Assembly: GCA_002497075.1 (NCBI GenBank)
Contig: DAML01000015.1
Location: forward strand, 110,224 to 174,223
DNA: 64,000 nt
Direction of reading: 5' to 3'
Origin: Methanomassiliicoccaceae archaeon UBA472
GTDB lineage: Archaea > Thermoplasmatota > Thermoplasmata > Methanomassiliicoccales > UBA472
The translations under genes were made by a program, and so were the position numbers. Each line of letters begins with the position of its first letter. The stretch's first letter is position 1. Shown one piece after another: positions 20,556 to 29,487 of this stretch. A model generated the notes under the pieces. It searched no databases, was not told the origin of the DNA, and was given only the letters and a program-made list of their open reading frames with translations.

Positions 20556-21393
20556 GCTTATGATCCAGGGCGTGACCTCCGGGGCTGGAAAGACCACCCT
20601 CACCGCCGCGCTGTGCCGCCATTTCTCATCGAGCGGCGTAGACGTGGTCCCGTTCAAAGCGCAGAACGTCTCGCTCAATTCCTACGTTACCAAGGACGGC
20701 AAGGAGATGGCCATATCGCAGGCCTACCAGGCCTGGGCCTGCGGGCTGGAGCCGTCGGCGGACATGAACCCCATCCTGATCAAGCCGAAGGGAAACGGCC
20801 AATGCCAGATCGTGCTTCGCGGGAAACCCTGGCAGGACCTCGGTCCCGGTGGTAGCACTCCCGCAACGATCGAGACGCTCCGCGAGCAGGTGCTGACCGC
20901 CTTCCACAACAACGCTTCCGGAAGGGAGCTGGTGCTGATAGAGGGCATGGGCTCCCCGGTGGAGATGAACCTCAAGGACAAGGATGTCAGCAACATGTGG
21001 CTGGCCAAGGCCACGCGCTCGCCTGTCGTTCTCGTGGGGGACATCGAGAAAGGGGGCGTTTTCGCCGGTATTTACGGAACCTATCTTCTCATGGACGAGG
21101 AGGAGCGGGACCTGCTCAAGGGATTCGTTATCAACCGCTTCCGCGGTGACGGATCGATACTGAAGGAGGGGATCGAGGAGCTGGAGTCCCGCATGGAGAT
21201 GCCCTGTCTCGGCGTCCTGCCGATGGTCCGGTTCAGCGCCCCGGCCGAGGATTCCTTGGACCTAACGAGGCCTTCAGGGAACGGTGCCGGCTCCGGCGAT
21301 ATCAGGCAGCGTTGGATGCGCGAGCTGGACGGGGTTCTGGAAAAATGGGAAGGGGCCTGGGACCTTGAGCAGGTCCGAAGGCTTATCGATTAA
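20536..21393 (+). CDS. CobQ-like ATP-binding domain protein lacking the glutamine amidotransferase domain
   Basis: 285 aa. It has GVTSGAGKT, MNPILIKPKG, IEGMGSP and VINRFRGD, and ends after the LGVLP region with no GATase Cys/His motifs. It overlaps cobQ by 20 nt. Confidence 0.75.
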   Translation: MMATFRRLMIQGVTSGAGKTTLTAALCRHFSSSGVDVVPFKAQNVSLNSYVTKDGKEMAISQAYQAWACGLEPSADMNPILIKPKGNGQCQIVLRGKPWQDLGPGGSTPATIETLREQVLTAFHNNASGRELVLIEGMGSPVEMNLKDKDVSNMWLAKATRSPVVLVGDIEKGGVFAGIYGTYLLMDEEERDLLKGFVINRFRGDGSILKEGIEELESRMEMPCLGVLPMVRFSAPAEDSLDLTRPSGNGAGSGDIRQRWMRELDGVLEKWEGAWDLEQVRRLID

Positions 21394-21404
21394 CCTTTAA
21401 CGTT

Positions 21405-21692
21405 TCAGAGGCGGTTGCCGCACTTCGGGCAGTACTGGGCGCCCGGCTCATAAGCGGCCCCACAGCTGCGGCAGGTGTTCCCCTGCTGGGGCTGCTGGTA
21501 CTGTTGCGGGGGCTGTTGGTACTGCTGGGGAGGTTGCTGGTACGGCTGTTGATATGGCTGGTTGCCGTAGTAGCCCGTTCCAAACTGTGGTCTCTCCTCG
21601 TACTTCATCAGGAAGTAGATGATCGCCGCAGGCCAGCATATTATTATCAGGATGATCAAGATCACCCAGCTGCCAGTGAATTCCTTCGACAT
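21405..21692 (-). CDS. Small membrane-anchored zinc-ribbon protein with a Q/P/Y-rich linker
   Basis: 95 aa. It has an N-terminal TM (WVILIILIIICWPAAIIYFLM), a QPYQQPYQQPPQQYQQPPQQYQQPQQ linker and a C-terminal CRSC-x11-CPKC zinc ribbon. Confidence 0.6.
   Translation of the reverse strand: MSKEFTGSWVILIILIIICWPAAIIYFLMKYEERPQFGTGYYGNQPYQQPYQQPPQQYQQPPQQYQQPQQGNTCRSCGAAYEPGAQYCPKCGNRL
21483..21560 (-). repeat. In-frame imperfect tandem repeat (about 21-nt unit) encoding the Q/P/Y-rich linker
   Basis: The plus strand reads ...ggggctgctggtactgttgcg ggggctgttggtactgctgggg aggttgctggtacgg..., which corresponds to QQPPQQY units. Confidence 0.6.
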
Positions 21693-21750
21693 GAATTTCC
21701 ACCTTTGGCGTTCAATAACTTGAGGAATATTTATTCATTCCCACATATTT

Positions 21751-22221
21751 TCAATCTTCTGATCTCGTGGGCTCCCGAGCGCATCTAGGATAGGATGCGT
21801 AGGACGGGCACTCCTTGCAGCGCTTCAGCATCCTTCTTCCCTTCAGGTACTCGAAGACGACGATGACTGTTATTATGAACGGGTAAACGTAGATCCTCAG
21901 GTCGGGCGGGCAGACGATGGCTGAATAGGTGGCCATCGCCAGGCTCGATCCCAGGACCATATTGAAGATGATAGATAACCCACGTCCAGATGTGACGAAC
22001 CGCAGCAGTTGGAAGGAGAACTGGAGCAGCGACGCGAAGAAGGCGGCTTCGAACGTCGGCCGACCCACGAACAGGAGGACCAGCATTACCAGGAAGGTCG
22101 GGTACACCGTGACACAGCCCCGGCACACCTTCCGGCCTCTTATGGTAAGCAGATGGTCGTCGAAGCGGCCGCAGAGCGGGTGGTGGGCCAGCAGAATGGG
22201 CTCGTTCCTCAGCTCGTCCAT
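21751..22221 (-). CDS. Cys-rich integral membrane protein (DUF2085-like by eye)
   Basis: 156 aa. It has HHPLCGRFDDH ... CRGC at the N-terminus, about 4 TM helices and CKECPSYASYPRC at the C-terminus. It is divergent from the btuF-like operon. Confidence 0.5.
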   Translation of the reverse strand: MDELRNEPILLAHHPLCGRFDDHLLTIRGRKVCRGCVTVYPTFLVMLVLLFVGRPTFEAAFFASLLQFSFQLLRFVTSGRGLSIIFNMVLGSSLAMATYSAIVCPPDLRIYVYPFIITVIVVFEYLKGRRMLKRCKECPSYASYPRCAREPTRSED

Positions 22222-22305
22222 GAACTTGATGTGGCCACCTCCTCCCTGCCCTCACTACCATACCGGTGTGCCATTGATAAAAAATGACCGCTAAATCATT
22301 TATAC

Positions 22306-22322
22306 TTGGATGATATATCCAA
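22306..22322 (+). promoter_or_regulatory. Palindromic candidate operator S2 (TTGGATGATATATCCAA)
   Basis: It directly follows a TATA-like TCATTTATAC (22296-22305) and lies 48 nt before the btuF-like ATG. Confidence 0.6.
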
Positions 22323-22328
22323 TTCAAG

Positions 22329-22345
22329 TTGGATAATACATCCAA
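22329..22345 (+). promoter_or_regulatory. Palindromic candidate operator S3 (TTGGATAATACATCCAA)
   Basis: Second tandem copy. Its centre is 23 bp from the S2 centre, and it ends 24 nt before the btuF-like ATG (22370). Confidence 0.6.
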
Positions 22346-22369
22346 CTAGCTAACAGAAAGTGATTCCAC

Positions 22370-23464
22370 ATGGATAAGAAGGCGATAATCGCAATCATAC
22401 TGGTCGTGGCGCTCGTTGCCGTCGGGACCGTAATGGTATTGGGTATGAACCCCTCCGGTGGCGAGGGCGATGGACCGGTCTCGGTCATCGACGCCAACGG
22501 AAGGACCGTGACCACTGACGAGGCGCCGACGCGCATCGTTTCCTGCTCCCCCTCATTGACCGAGATGGCCTATGCCATGGGGATAGGGCAGAACCTGGTG
22601 GCCGTCACCGACTACTGTGACTGGCCTGCGGATGTCAACGCCAGGAAGGCCAACGGGACGCTAGAATCCGTCGGCGGATACTTCACTCCCAGCGCCGAGG
22701 CGGTCATCGCCGCCGAGGGTGACCTCATCCTCATCGACAAGGGCGTGCAGGCCCAGATCGACATGCTGACCCAGCTGGAGAACGCCGGGCTGAACGTGAT
22801 CGTTCTGGATAAGGGTACCACCTTTGACGAGGTCTATGACGCCATGCTGATGATCGGAGAGATATGCTGGGTCAAGGAAGAGGCCGAAGATCTCGTCGAC
22901 ACCATGAAAGAGCGCCTGGCGGCCATCGAGGCCGAGATAGGCGATGTGGAAGAGATGCCGACCATGACCTTCGCCGTTTGGCTGGACCCCATCTACCTCA
23001 GCGGTAACGGGACCTTCTCCGCCGACGTGATGAGGCACGCCATGGGCGAGAACGTCTACTCCAACCTGACCGGATGGCCCGATGTATCCGTGGAATCTAT
23101 GCTGGAGACCGACCCTGACTATCTGGTCGTTTCCATGATGTACCTGGCGTCCCCCGGCGAGGAGATAATCTCCGGCCTGGAGAACGACACCATCTGGTCC
23201 GAGCTGTCCGCCGTCCAGAACAAGCGGGTGTACATACTGACCGGTCAGTCCGACAACGTGTTCAGCCGCCCCGGCCCGCGCATGGTGGACGCCGTGGAGC
23301 TGCTGGCCCAGATTCTGCATCCTGATGTGTTCAACGTCAGCATGCCGCACGTGATATCCGACGACTACGTCGATTGGGTCTCGTCCGGCGAGTCTGCGGA
23401 AGCGGAGGCAATGCCCGTTGAAGCCACGGAGATCGTGGCGATGGTGCAGGCAAGAATCGAATGA
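22370..23464 (+). CDS. ABC transporter substrate-binding protein, BtuF/FecB type (corrinoid or iron-chelate)
   Basis: 364 aa. It has an N-terminal membrane anchor (IIAIILVVALVAVGTVMVLG) and the binding-protein pattern RIVSCSPSLTEMAYAMG. It is the first gene of the string that continues into the cob genes. Confidence 0.85.
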   Translation: MDKKAIIAIILVVALVAVGTVMVLGMNPSGGEGDGPVSVIDANGRTVTTDEAPTRIVSCSPSLTEMAYAMGIGQNLVAVTDYCDWPADVNARKANGTLESVGGYFTPSAEAVIAAEGDLILIDKGVQAQIDMLTQLENAGLNVIVLDKGTTFDEVYDAMLMIGEICWVKEEAEDLVDTMKERLAAIEAEIGDVEEMPTMTFAVWLDPIYLSGNGTFSADVMRHAMGENVYSNLTGWPDVSVESMLETDPDYLVVSMMYLASPGEEIISGLENDTIWSELSAVQNKRVYILTGQSDNVFSRPGPRMVDAVELLAQILHPDVFNVSMPHVISDDYVDWVSSGESAEAEAMPVEATEIVAMVQARIE

Positions 23465-23586
23465 ACAGGTCCTCCTTCCCCGTGGCGTAGGGCGCAAATA
23501 TAATAGCTGGCCCGCGTTACGGGAAACAACTTACCTCCGAAGGGTGCTCCGCACCGGTTCCGGCGGTCATACAAGGGTGATGCGAA

Positions 23587-24630
23587 ATGGGATCGACCAA
23601 GGCGAGCAGGGCGAAGATCAAGCTAGCCCTGATTCTCGGCCTCGGTTCGATCAGCATCGTCCTTCTTTTCATTCTTTCGCTCACCACCGGGGTCATGGAC
23701 ATCTCCTTCCAGGAGGCCATGTCCGGCCTTTGGAATCTCATTCAGAACGGCGGGGAGCACGAGAACACCAAGGAGCTGGTGCTCTGGCAGCTCCGCATCC
23801 CCCGGGCCCTGGGCGTGATCGCCGTCGGCATCGGGCTATCGGTGGCCGGGGCGGTGATGCAGGCGCTGATCCGGAATCCTCTGGTGGACCCGTACATCAC
23901 CGGTGTCTCATCCGGCGCGGCACTGGGGGTCACCACTGCGGTCCTGGCGGGAGTGACCATCGCCGGGCTAGGTGTGTTCGTCACTCCCGTCATAGCCTTC
24001 GTCGGAGCGGTGATGGCATTCTTGTTCACCATGCTTCTGGCCGAGGCCGCCGGCGGGCGTTCGATAAGCTATGTGCTGGGAGGGGTGATCGTGGGAATAG
24101 CCCTGCAGTCCGGGACCACCATCCTGATGTACTTCAACGCCGACCGGCTGCACAGCGTGCTCTATTGGCTGTTCGGTTCGTTCTCCACATTGAACTGGCA
24201 ATCGACATGGATCATCGTCGTCTGCGTTTCCGTGTTGTCTTTCATCATGCTGCTCTACGCCAAGGAGTTCAACGTCATCCTGCTGGGGGACGAGCAAGCC
24301 CGGCAGCTGGGAATGAACGTCAAGCCCTTCAAGACCGGCATGTTCATACTAGTGTCCGCTTTAGCGGCGGTCTGCGTGGCCTTCACCGGGATAATAGGTT
24401 TCGTCGGTCTCATCGTCCCTCACCTGGTCCGGATGGTCATAGGCGGCGATCACCGTCTGCTGCTACCGGCATCCATGGTGGTAGGGGCAAACATTCTATT
24501 GGTGGCCGACATTGTATGTAAGACCGTGATAGCTCCTTCCGAGCTACCGATAGGTGCCGTAATATCGATCATCGGCGCTCCGTTCTTCGGGTACCTGATG
24601 ATCAGGATGGGTAAGGAATATGTCATGTGA
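23587..24630 (+). CDS. ABC transporter permease, FecCD/BtuC family
   Basis: 347 aa with about 9-10 TM helices and the family pattern LLGDEQARQLG ... GIIGFVGLIVPH. Confidence 0.9.
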   Translation: MGSTKASRAKIKLALILGLGSISIVLLFILSLTTGVMDISFQEAMSGLWNLIQNGGEHENTKELVLWQLRIPRALGVIAVGIGLSVAGAVMQALIRNPLVDPYITGVSSGAALGVTTAVLAGVTIAGLGVFVTPVIAFVGAVMAFLFTMLLAEAAGGRSISYVLGGVIVGIALQSGTTILMYFNADRLHSVLYWLFGSFSTLNWQSTWIIVVCVSVLSFIMLLYAKEFNVILLGDEQARQLGMNVKPFKTGMFILVSALAAVCVAFTGIIGFVGLIVPHLVRMVIGGDHRLLLPASMVVGANILLVADIVCKTVIAPSELPIGAVISIIGAPFFGYLMIRMGKEYVM

Positions 24631-25483
24631 CGGCGAGCTGACGGTGAAGGTCGACAACATCTCCTTCAGCTACGGCGCCAAGAAGAGCCTCTGCCCCCGG
24701 ACCTTGAAAGGCATCACGATCGACGCCAAGAAGGGGCAGCTCATCGGAATAATGGGCCCCAACGGCTGCGGCAAGACCACCTTCATGCGCTGCATCAACA
24801 AGGTTCTGAAGCCGCAGGAGGGCGCCATATACATCGACGGCAAGGACCTGGACCGCCTCAAGATGATGGAGGTGGCCAAGATCTGCGCCAACATCCCGGC
24901 GGACGTGCCGGACGACTTCCATCTGTCCGTGGAGGAGTTCGTTGCCTTAGGGCGCTATCCGTTCGTCACCGGCATCTGGTGGGAGGGAGAGAAGGACGAG
25001 CAGCTGGTGCGGGACGCCATGAAGGCGTACCACGTTACCCATCTTAAGGACAGGAAGCTCGGAGAGCTCAGCAGCGGGGAGAAAGCGCGGGTGCTACTAG
25101 CGAAGGGAGCGGTCCAGCAGCCGAAGATCCTACTGGCCGACGAGCCGAGCGCGCATCTTGATCTGAAGTACAAACTGCAGGTCATGCAGGCCTTGAAGGA
25201 CCTCTCCCGTCAGGGTGTCACGGTCATAACCGCCTCGCACGACATCAACCTGATCGCCAAGTACGCCGATCTGGTGATAGTCATCAGCGACGGCGGCATT
25301 ATCAGCTACGGACCTCCGGCGGAGGTCATCAACGAGGAGATCATCCGCGCCGTGTACGGCGTGGAGGTCACCATCATCCGGGACGGCGGGGAACTGTACG
25401 TGATCCCGCTGAGACCGGCGGACCCGGAGAAGGGCGACGATGAAAATACAAGACCTTGTGAAAAGGGAATTGTTGCCGATTAA
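24620..25483 (+). CDS. ABC transporter ATP-binding protein, BtuD/FepC type
   Basis: 287 aa. It has Walker A GPNGCGKTT, signature LSSGEKARV and Walker B ILLADEPSAHLD. Confidence 0.9.
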   Translation: MSCDGELTVKVDNISFSYGAKKSLCPRTLKGITIDAKKGQLIGIMGPNGCGKTTFMRCINKVLKPQEGAIYIDGKDLDRLKMMEVAKICANIPADVPDDFHLSVEEFVALGRYPFVTGIWWEGEKDEQLVRDAMKAYHVTHLKDRKLGELSSGEKARVLLAKGAVQQPKILLADEPSAHLDLKYKLQVMQALKDLSRQGVTVITASHDINLIAKYADLVIVISDGGIISYGPPAEVINEEIIRAVYGVEVTIIRDGGELYVIPLRPADPEKGDDENTRPCEKGIVAD

Positions 25484-26585
25484 GAGGCCCGTGCACGGAG
25501 GCCAGGGCTGGAAGCTCCCCGGTGTGGAGGACTTCAGCCACAACCTCAACCCGTATGGGCCTCCAGCGGAGCTGCCGCGATTGGTCGCCGAAGCGGCCGA
25601 GCATTTGGGGCACTACCCGGACGACACGGCCGCGGAGTTCCGGGAGGAAGTGGCCAAGCTGCACAACGTGTGGCCGGAGAACGTAATCGCCGGCGCCGGC
25701 TCGGCCGAGCTCATACGATTGTATCCAGAGGTGTTCCTTTCCCGCAAGGCCCGGGTCATCATTCCCAGGCCTACGTTCTCGGAATACTCGCACGCCTGCC
25801 GCATGCAGGGCGCGAACATACTGGACGTGCCGCTCATCGAGGGCGAAGGGTTCCGCCTGGACATGAACGCCATCCGTGAGAAGCTGCCTTTGGCCAGGGC
25901 GCTGTACATCTGCAACCCGAACAATCCCACTGGCACGGTCGAAACGAAAAGGCGCATCATGGAACTGGTGGACGAGTGCGAAGCGGCTGGCAAGCTGGTC
26001 TTCCTGGACGAGACGCTGCTGGAACTGGTGGACGAGCACGACAGCGTGTCGTGCATGTCCGAGGTGCAAAGCCACGAGAACCTGTTCATCATCTCCTCGT
26101 TGACGAAATCGTTCGCCATCCCCGGCATGCGCGTCGGTTACGGCGTGGGCGGCGTGGAGATCGTGGAAATGATGGAACGCGCCCGGCTCTCCTGGAACCT
26201 GGGCGTGATCGAGCAGTACGTGGGCGCTCGTTTGCTGCGCGATCATCAGGACCACGTGCGCAAGGCGGCGAGGATGATGGCATCCGAGCGCGCCCGCATC
26301 AAGAAGGCCGTGGACGGCACCGGGCTCTTCTCGCCGCTTCCGGACCAGTGCTTCTTCTTCTTCACCCGGGTCAACGACCCCAAGATGGCCGCGGAGGACG
26401 TGGTGGAGCATCTTCTGCCGCGCAAAGTGCTGGTCAGGGACTGCTCCACTTTCGGCAGGCCGTTCGACAAGTTCGTCCGCTTCAGCGTTAAGACGCCGGA
26501 GAAGAACGATCTTCTCATCTCCGCGATGGAGGAGACGGCCAGGGAGATCCGCAGCACGGCGTTCGGGGCGAGGATGCATGTTTGA
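25440..26585 (+). CDS. cobD: L-threonine-O-3-phosphate decarboxylase (CobD/CobC aminotransferase-fold enzyme)
   Basis: 381 aa. It has the N-terminal HGG motif (RPVHGGQ), a class I/II aminotransferase fold and the PLP-lysine region SLTKSFAIPGMRVGY. It sits immediately upstream of cbiB and overlaps the ATPase gene by 44 nt. Confidence 0.8.
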   Translation: MKIQDLVKRELLPIKRPVHGGQGWKLPGVEDFSHNLNPYGPPAELPRLVAEAAEHLGHYPDDTAAEFREEVAKLHNVWPENVIAGAGSAELIRLYPEVFLSRKARVIIPRPTFSEYSHACRMQGANILDVPLIEGEGFRLDMNAIREKLPLARALYICNPNNPTGTVETKRRIMELVDECEAAGKLVFLDETLLELVDEHDSVSCMSEVQSHENLFIISSLTKSFAIPGMRVGYGVGGVEIVEMMERARLSWNLGVIEQYVGARLLRDHQDHVRKAARMMASERARIKKAVDGTGLFSPLPDQCFFFFTRVNDPKMAAEDVVEHLLPRKVLVRDCSTFGRPFDKFVRFSVKTPEKNDLLISAMEETAREIRSTAFGARMHV

Positions 26586-27573
26586 GCTGGTCCCTTACGC
26601 GTTCCTGACGATGATCGTCGCCCTGCTCGTCGACCGTTTCATCGGCGAACCGCCGAACGCCTTGCATCCGGTGGTCTGGATGGGCAAGGTGATATCGTTC
26701 TTCGACAAACGAATATCGCGCGGGCACCCCCGGCGGGAGCGTTTCTTCGGGATGGTGATGGCGTTGGCCGTCATCCTGCTGTTCTCTGTCATGGTCCTTC
26801 TCCTGATGGCTCTGGTGCGGGACGTCCTGGGGCTGCTGGTATGGGCCATCGTCGGCGGTGTTCTGCTGAAGACCATGTTCGCCATGTCGGCGATGGGAAA
26901 GCACATCGAGCCGGTGCGCGAGGCGCTGCTGGCCGGCGATCTGGAACTCGGTCGTCAGAAAGCAGCCATGATGGTCTCCCGGGACGTGAGCCAGTTAGAT
27001 AAGGAGCACGTGATCTCCTGCGCGGCCGAGAGCGCGGCGGAGAACACCGTGGACTCTATTTTCTCTCCGTTGTTCTACTTCGGTCTGCTGGGGCTTCCGG
27101 CCGCCGTGGCGTATCGCGTATCGAACACCCTGGACGCCATGGTCGGTTATCTGAACGACAAATATCGCTACGTGGGATGGTTCTCGGCCAAGCTCGACGA
27201 TTGCACCAACTTCGTCATGGCCCGGGCGGCGGTGCCGTTCATTCTTCTTGCCCTGATCATTCTGGGCAAGGACTGGCGGGCTGGCTGGGGCGCTTCCAAG
27301 AAGTATCATGATCAGACGTTATCGCCGAACAAGGGATGGCACATGTCCGCCTTCGCCGGCGGATTAGGCATCAGGTTCGAAAAGATCGGCTGGTACGTCA
27401 TGGGCGACGGGCCGCTTCCGTCCGACCCCGATGTGCTTAGGGATACCATAAAGGTCATGACCATGGCCTCGTATCTCTTCGTGCTCACGGTGGTCGTGCC
27501 GCTCTACCTTCTGGTAGGTGCGGAGGCGCAGGTGTTCTTGGAGGACCTCCTGCTAGGGCTGATAGGTGTTTAA
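26578..27573 (+). CDS. cbiB: Adenosylcobinamide-phosphate synthase (CbiB/CobD membrane protein)
   Basis: 331 aa. It has LLVDRFIGEPPNALHPVVWMG and ENTVDSIFSPLFYF, typical of the CbiB family. Confidence 0.9.
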   Translation: MFELVPYAFLTMIVALLVDRFIGEPPNALHPVVWMGKVISFFDKRISRGHPRRERFFGMVMALAVILLFSVMVLLLMALVRDVLGLLVWAIVGGVLLKTMFAMSAMGKHIEPVREALLAGDLELGRQKAAMMVSRDVSQLDKEHVISCAAESAAENTVDSIFSPLFYFGLLGLPAAVAYRVSNTLDAMVGYLNDKYRYVGWFSAKLDDCTNFVMARAAVPFILLALIILGKDWRAGWGASKKYHDQTLSPNKGWHMSAFAGGLGIRFEKIGWYVMGDGPLPSDPDVLRDTIKVMTMASYLFVLTVVVPLYLLVGAEAQVFLEDLLLGLIGV

Positions 27574-27574
27574 G

Positions 27575-28711
27575 ATGAAACTGAGCGAGGCGCGGGTCGA
27601 GAAGGGCGTGGTGGACGGGCACAAGTACGTGGCCATACGGTTGCCGCGACGAATGCGCACTTTGGCGTCCACCATATTGAACGGCGGGCTGGGAGAGACC
27701 GATTCCGTGCTGATGCTACAGGTCTCGCTGCATTACGATCATTCCGATCCGGTGGAACATATGCGCTCCCTGCTGCCCCGGCTGAACCTTCCTTCCGATA
27801 CGGTCTGTTTCATGACCGCCGCCGAGCTGGACAAGGCCTTTTGTACGAAGGGCATAGAGCAGAACGGGTCGGAAGCACTGGCGTTCGTCAGCGCCGGGAT
27901 ATCCAACGCCATCCGCGCCGGGGAATCGTCACGCGAGGGCAGCGTTCCTCACCGCCAGGTGGGAACGATAAACGTCATGGTGGTGACGGACGAACCGTTG
28001 GACGACTGCGCCCTGGCGAACGCGATAATGACGGTCACGGAAGCGAAGGCCGCCGCCCTGGAGGACCATCACATTCCCGGTACCGGAACGACCAGCGACG
28101 CCGTGCTGGTCATGTGCCCTTCTGACGGGGAGAAGTGCCTGTGGTCCGGAAGCTCCTCCGATCACGGCATCGCCATGGCGGTGGCGGTGCGTTCCGCTCT
28201 GGGCGAATCGATAACCAGGTGGAAGGGGGCGAACGGGGACTCCGTTCACTTCCTGAGGCATCTGGCGATACGCGGTATCACCTACGACGACATGTGGAAC
28301 TCGGTCAAGGAGATGAACGCCCTGGACCCGGCCTGGGATGAAACGGTCATACGAAATAAGTTCGAGAAGAAGCTGGAGCTGCTGGCCAAGGACATAAACG
28401 TGAACGCCCTGCTCACGGCGGCCATACTCCTGGAGGAGAAGGGACGGTACGGGCAGCTCTACGGACTCAACGAAGAGAAGTACCAGGAGGACCCGGTGCA
28501 CCTGCTGGCCGACGAGCTTCTGGGCATCGCCCTCGCGGAATACATCGGCGGCTCCAAGTGCGTATTCGAGTACATCCGCTACGACAAGAAGAAGCCGGGT
28601 ATACTTTCCAAACTGGGGCCTTTCATGGATGACATCGTTGCGTCGTTGATAGGAGCGACCATGTCCACGATCTACTCGGAGATGCTGGAGGGAGAGGGAC
28701 GACTGTCCTAG
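27575..28711 (+). CDS. cbiS: Adenosylcobinamide amidohydrolase CbiZ fused to a CobZ-like C-terminal domain (CbiS-like bifunctional architecture)
   Basis: The N-terminal ~220 aa are CbiZ-like (ILNGGLGE, NVMVVTDEPL, TVTEAKAAAL, GTGTTSDAV). The C-terminal ~150 aa form a helical domain resembling the alpha-ribazole phosphatase CobZ part of CbiS. ATG 27575 lies 1 nt after the cbiB stop; GTG 27566 is an alternative start. Confidence 0.7.
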   Translation: MKLSEARVEKGVVDGHKYVAIRLPRRMRTLASTILNGGLGETDSVLMLQVSLHYDHSDPVEHMRSLLPRLNLPSDTVCFMTAAELDKAFCTKGIEQNGSEALAFVSAGISNAIRAGESSREGSVPHRQVGTINVMVVTDEPLDDCALANAIMTVTEAKAAALEDHHIPGTGTTSDAVLVMCPSDGEKCLWSGSSSDHGIAMAVAVRSALGESITRWKGANGDSVHFLRHLAIRGITYDDMWNSVKEMNALDPAWDETVIRNKFEKKLELLAKDINVNALLTAAILLEEKGRYGQLYGLNEEKYQEDPVHLLADELLGIALAEYIGGSKCVFEYIRYDKKKPGILSKLGPFMDDIVASLIGATMSTIYSEMLEGEGRLS

Positions 28712-28734
28712 GCGCGCTCAAGGCCGCCCTCACC

Positions 28735-29487
28735 ATGTTCACGGTCATACCGGCCAAGGTGGACGGTGAGGACGTGGACCATCTCTCGCGCAGATTCTAT
28801 CTCATCGTGTTCATAGGCGCACTGTACGGACTCCTGGCCACAGGGATATTCTACCTGGGGGAGGACCTCCTGTCCACGGCCGTCCTGGCCGCCGTGGTCC
28901 TGGCCGTGTTCCACCTGCTGAACCGATTCCTGCACCTGGACGGGCTGAGCGACTTCGGGGACGGGATGGTCTGCGGCGGTAATGCCGAACGACGCATGGC
29001 GGCCATGAAGGACTCCAAGACCGGGGCCGGCGGGGTCGGTTATGCGCTCGTGTTCACCATTCTAAGCTTCGCCGCGCTCGCTTCCCTCACTGGCAAGGCC
29101 GAGCTGCTCTTCATTCCGCTCATCGCCGAGATCATGAACAAGAACGCCATGGTGTTCTGCGCCTACGGCGGCAAAGCGCGCGAGGGGCTGGGAAACGCAT
29201 TCGTTTCCAACACCAAGGGAAAACAGGCCATTTCCTCGTTCGCCCTGTCGGTCCTACTGGCCTTTGTGTTGATACTAATGGTGTGCCTTCCCACCGGTTA
29301 CTGGTATGTTGGTGAGATCGCCCTGTTCACCGTTGCCGGCGCTCTCGTTAGCGCTATCGTCGGCTTGGTGATGAGCAGTGTAGCTATGAAGAACTTCGGG
29401 GCGGTGAACGGCGATGTCATGGGCGCGACGAACGAGATCTCCCGGCCGGTGGTGCTGATCGCTCTCCTATTGCTGGTGGCGCTATGA
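28735..29487 (+). CDS. cobS: Adenosylcobinamide-GDP ribazoletransferase (cobalamin synthase CobS)
   Basis: 250 aa with about 6 TM helices, the N-terminal F-T-V-I-P motif and the HLDGLSDFGDG motif. Confidence 0.85.
   Translation: MFTVIPAKVDGEDVDHLSRRFYLIVFIGALYGLLATGIFYLGEDLLSTAVLAAVVLAVFHLLNRFLHLDGLSDFGDGMVCGGNAERRMAAMKDSKTGAGGVGYALVFTILSFAALASLTGKAELLFIPLIAEIMNKNAMVFCAYGGKAREGLGNAFVSNTKGKQAISSFALSVLLAFVLILMVCLPTGYWYVGEIALFTVAGALVSAIVGLVMSSVAMKNFGAVNGDVMGATNEISRPVVLIALLLLVAL

Noticed and set aside
21483-21560. A ~21-nt tandem repeat as a non-coding microsatellite or regulatory repeat
   Set aside because: It lies in frame inside a plausible 95-aa gene and encodes a Q/P/Y-rich linker between a TM helix and a zinc ribbon.
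22222-22369. Cobalamin riboswitch in the leaders of the corrinoid genes (also 18640-18800, 31201-31306, 32357-32461)
   Set aside because: The leaders are far too short for a ~200-nt B12 element. I could not find a B12-box-like conserved core. The shared element is a short DNA palindrome at the promoter instead.
25374-26579. 401-aa minus-strand ORF antisense to cobD
   Set aside because: This is the same shadow-frame signature (runs of R, G, H, P). The plus strand encodes a complete aminotransferase-fold CobD with the PLP-lysine motif.
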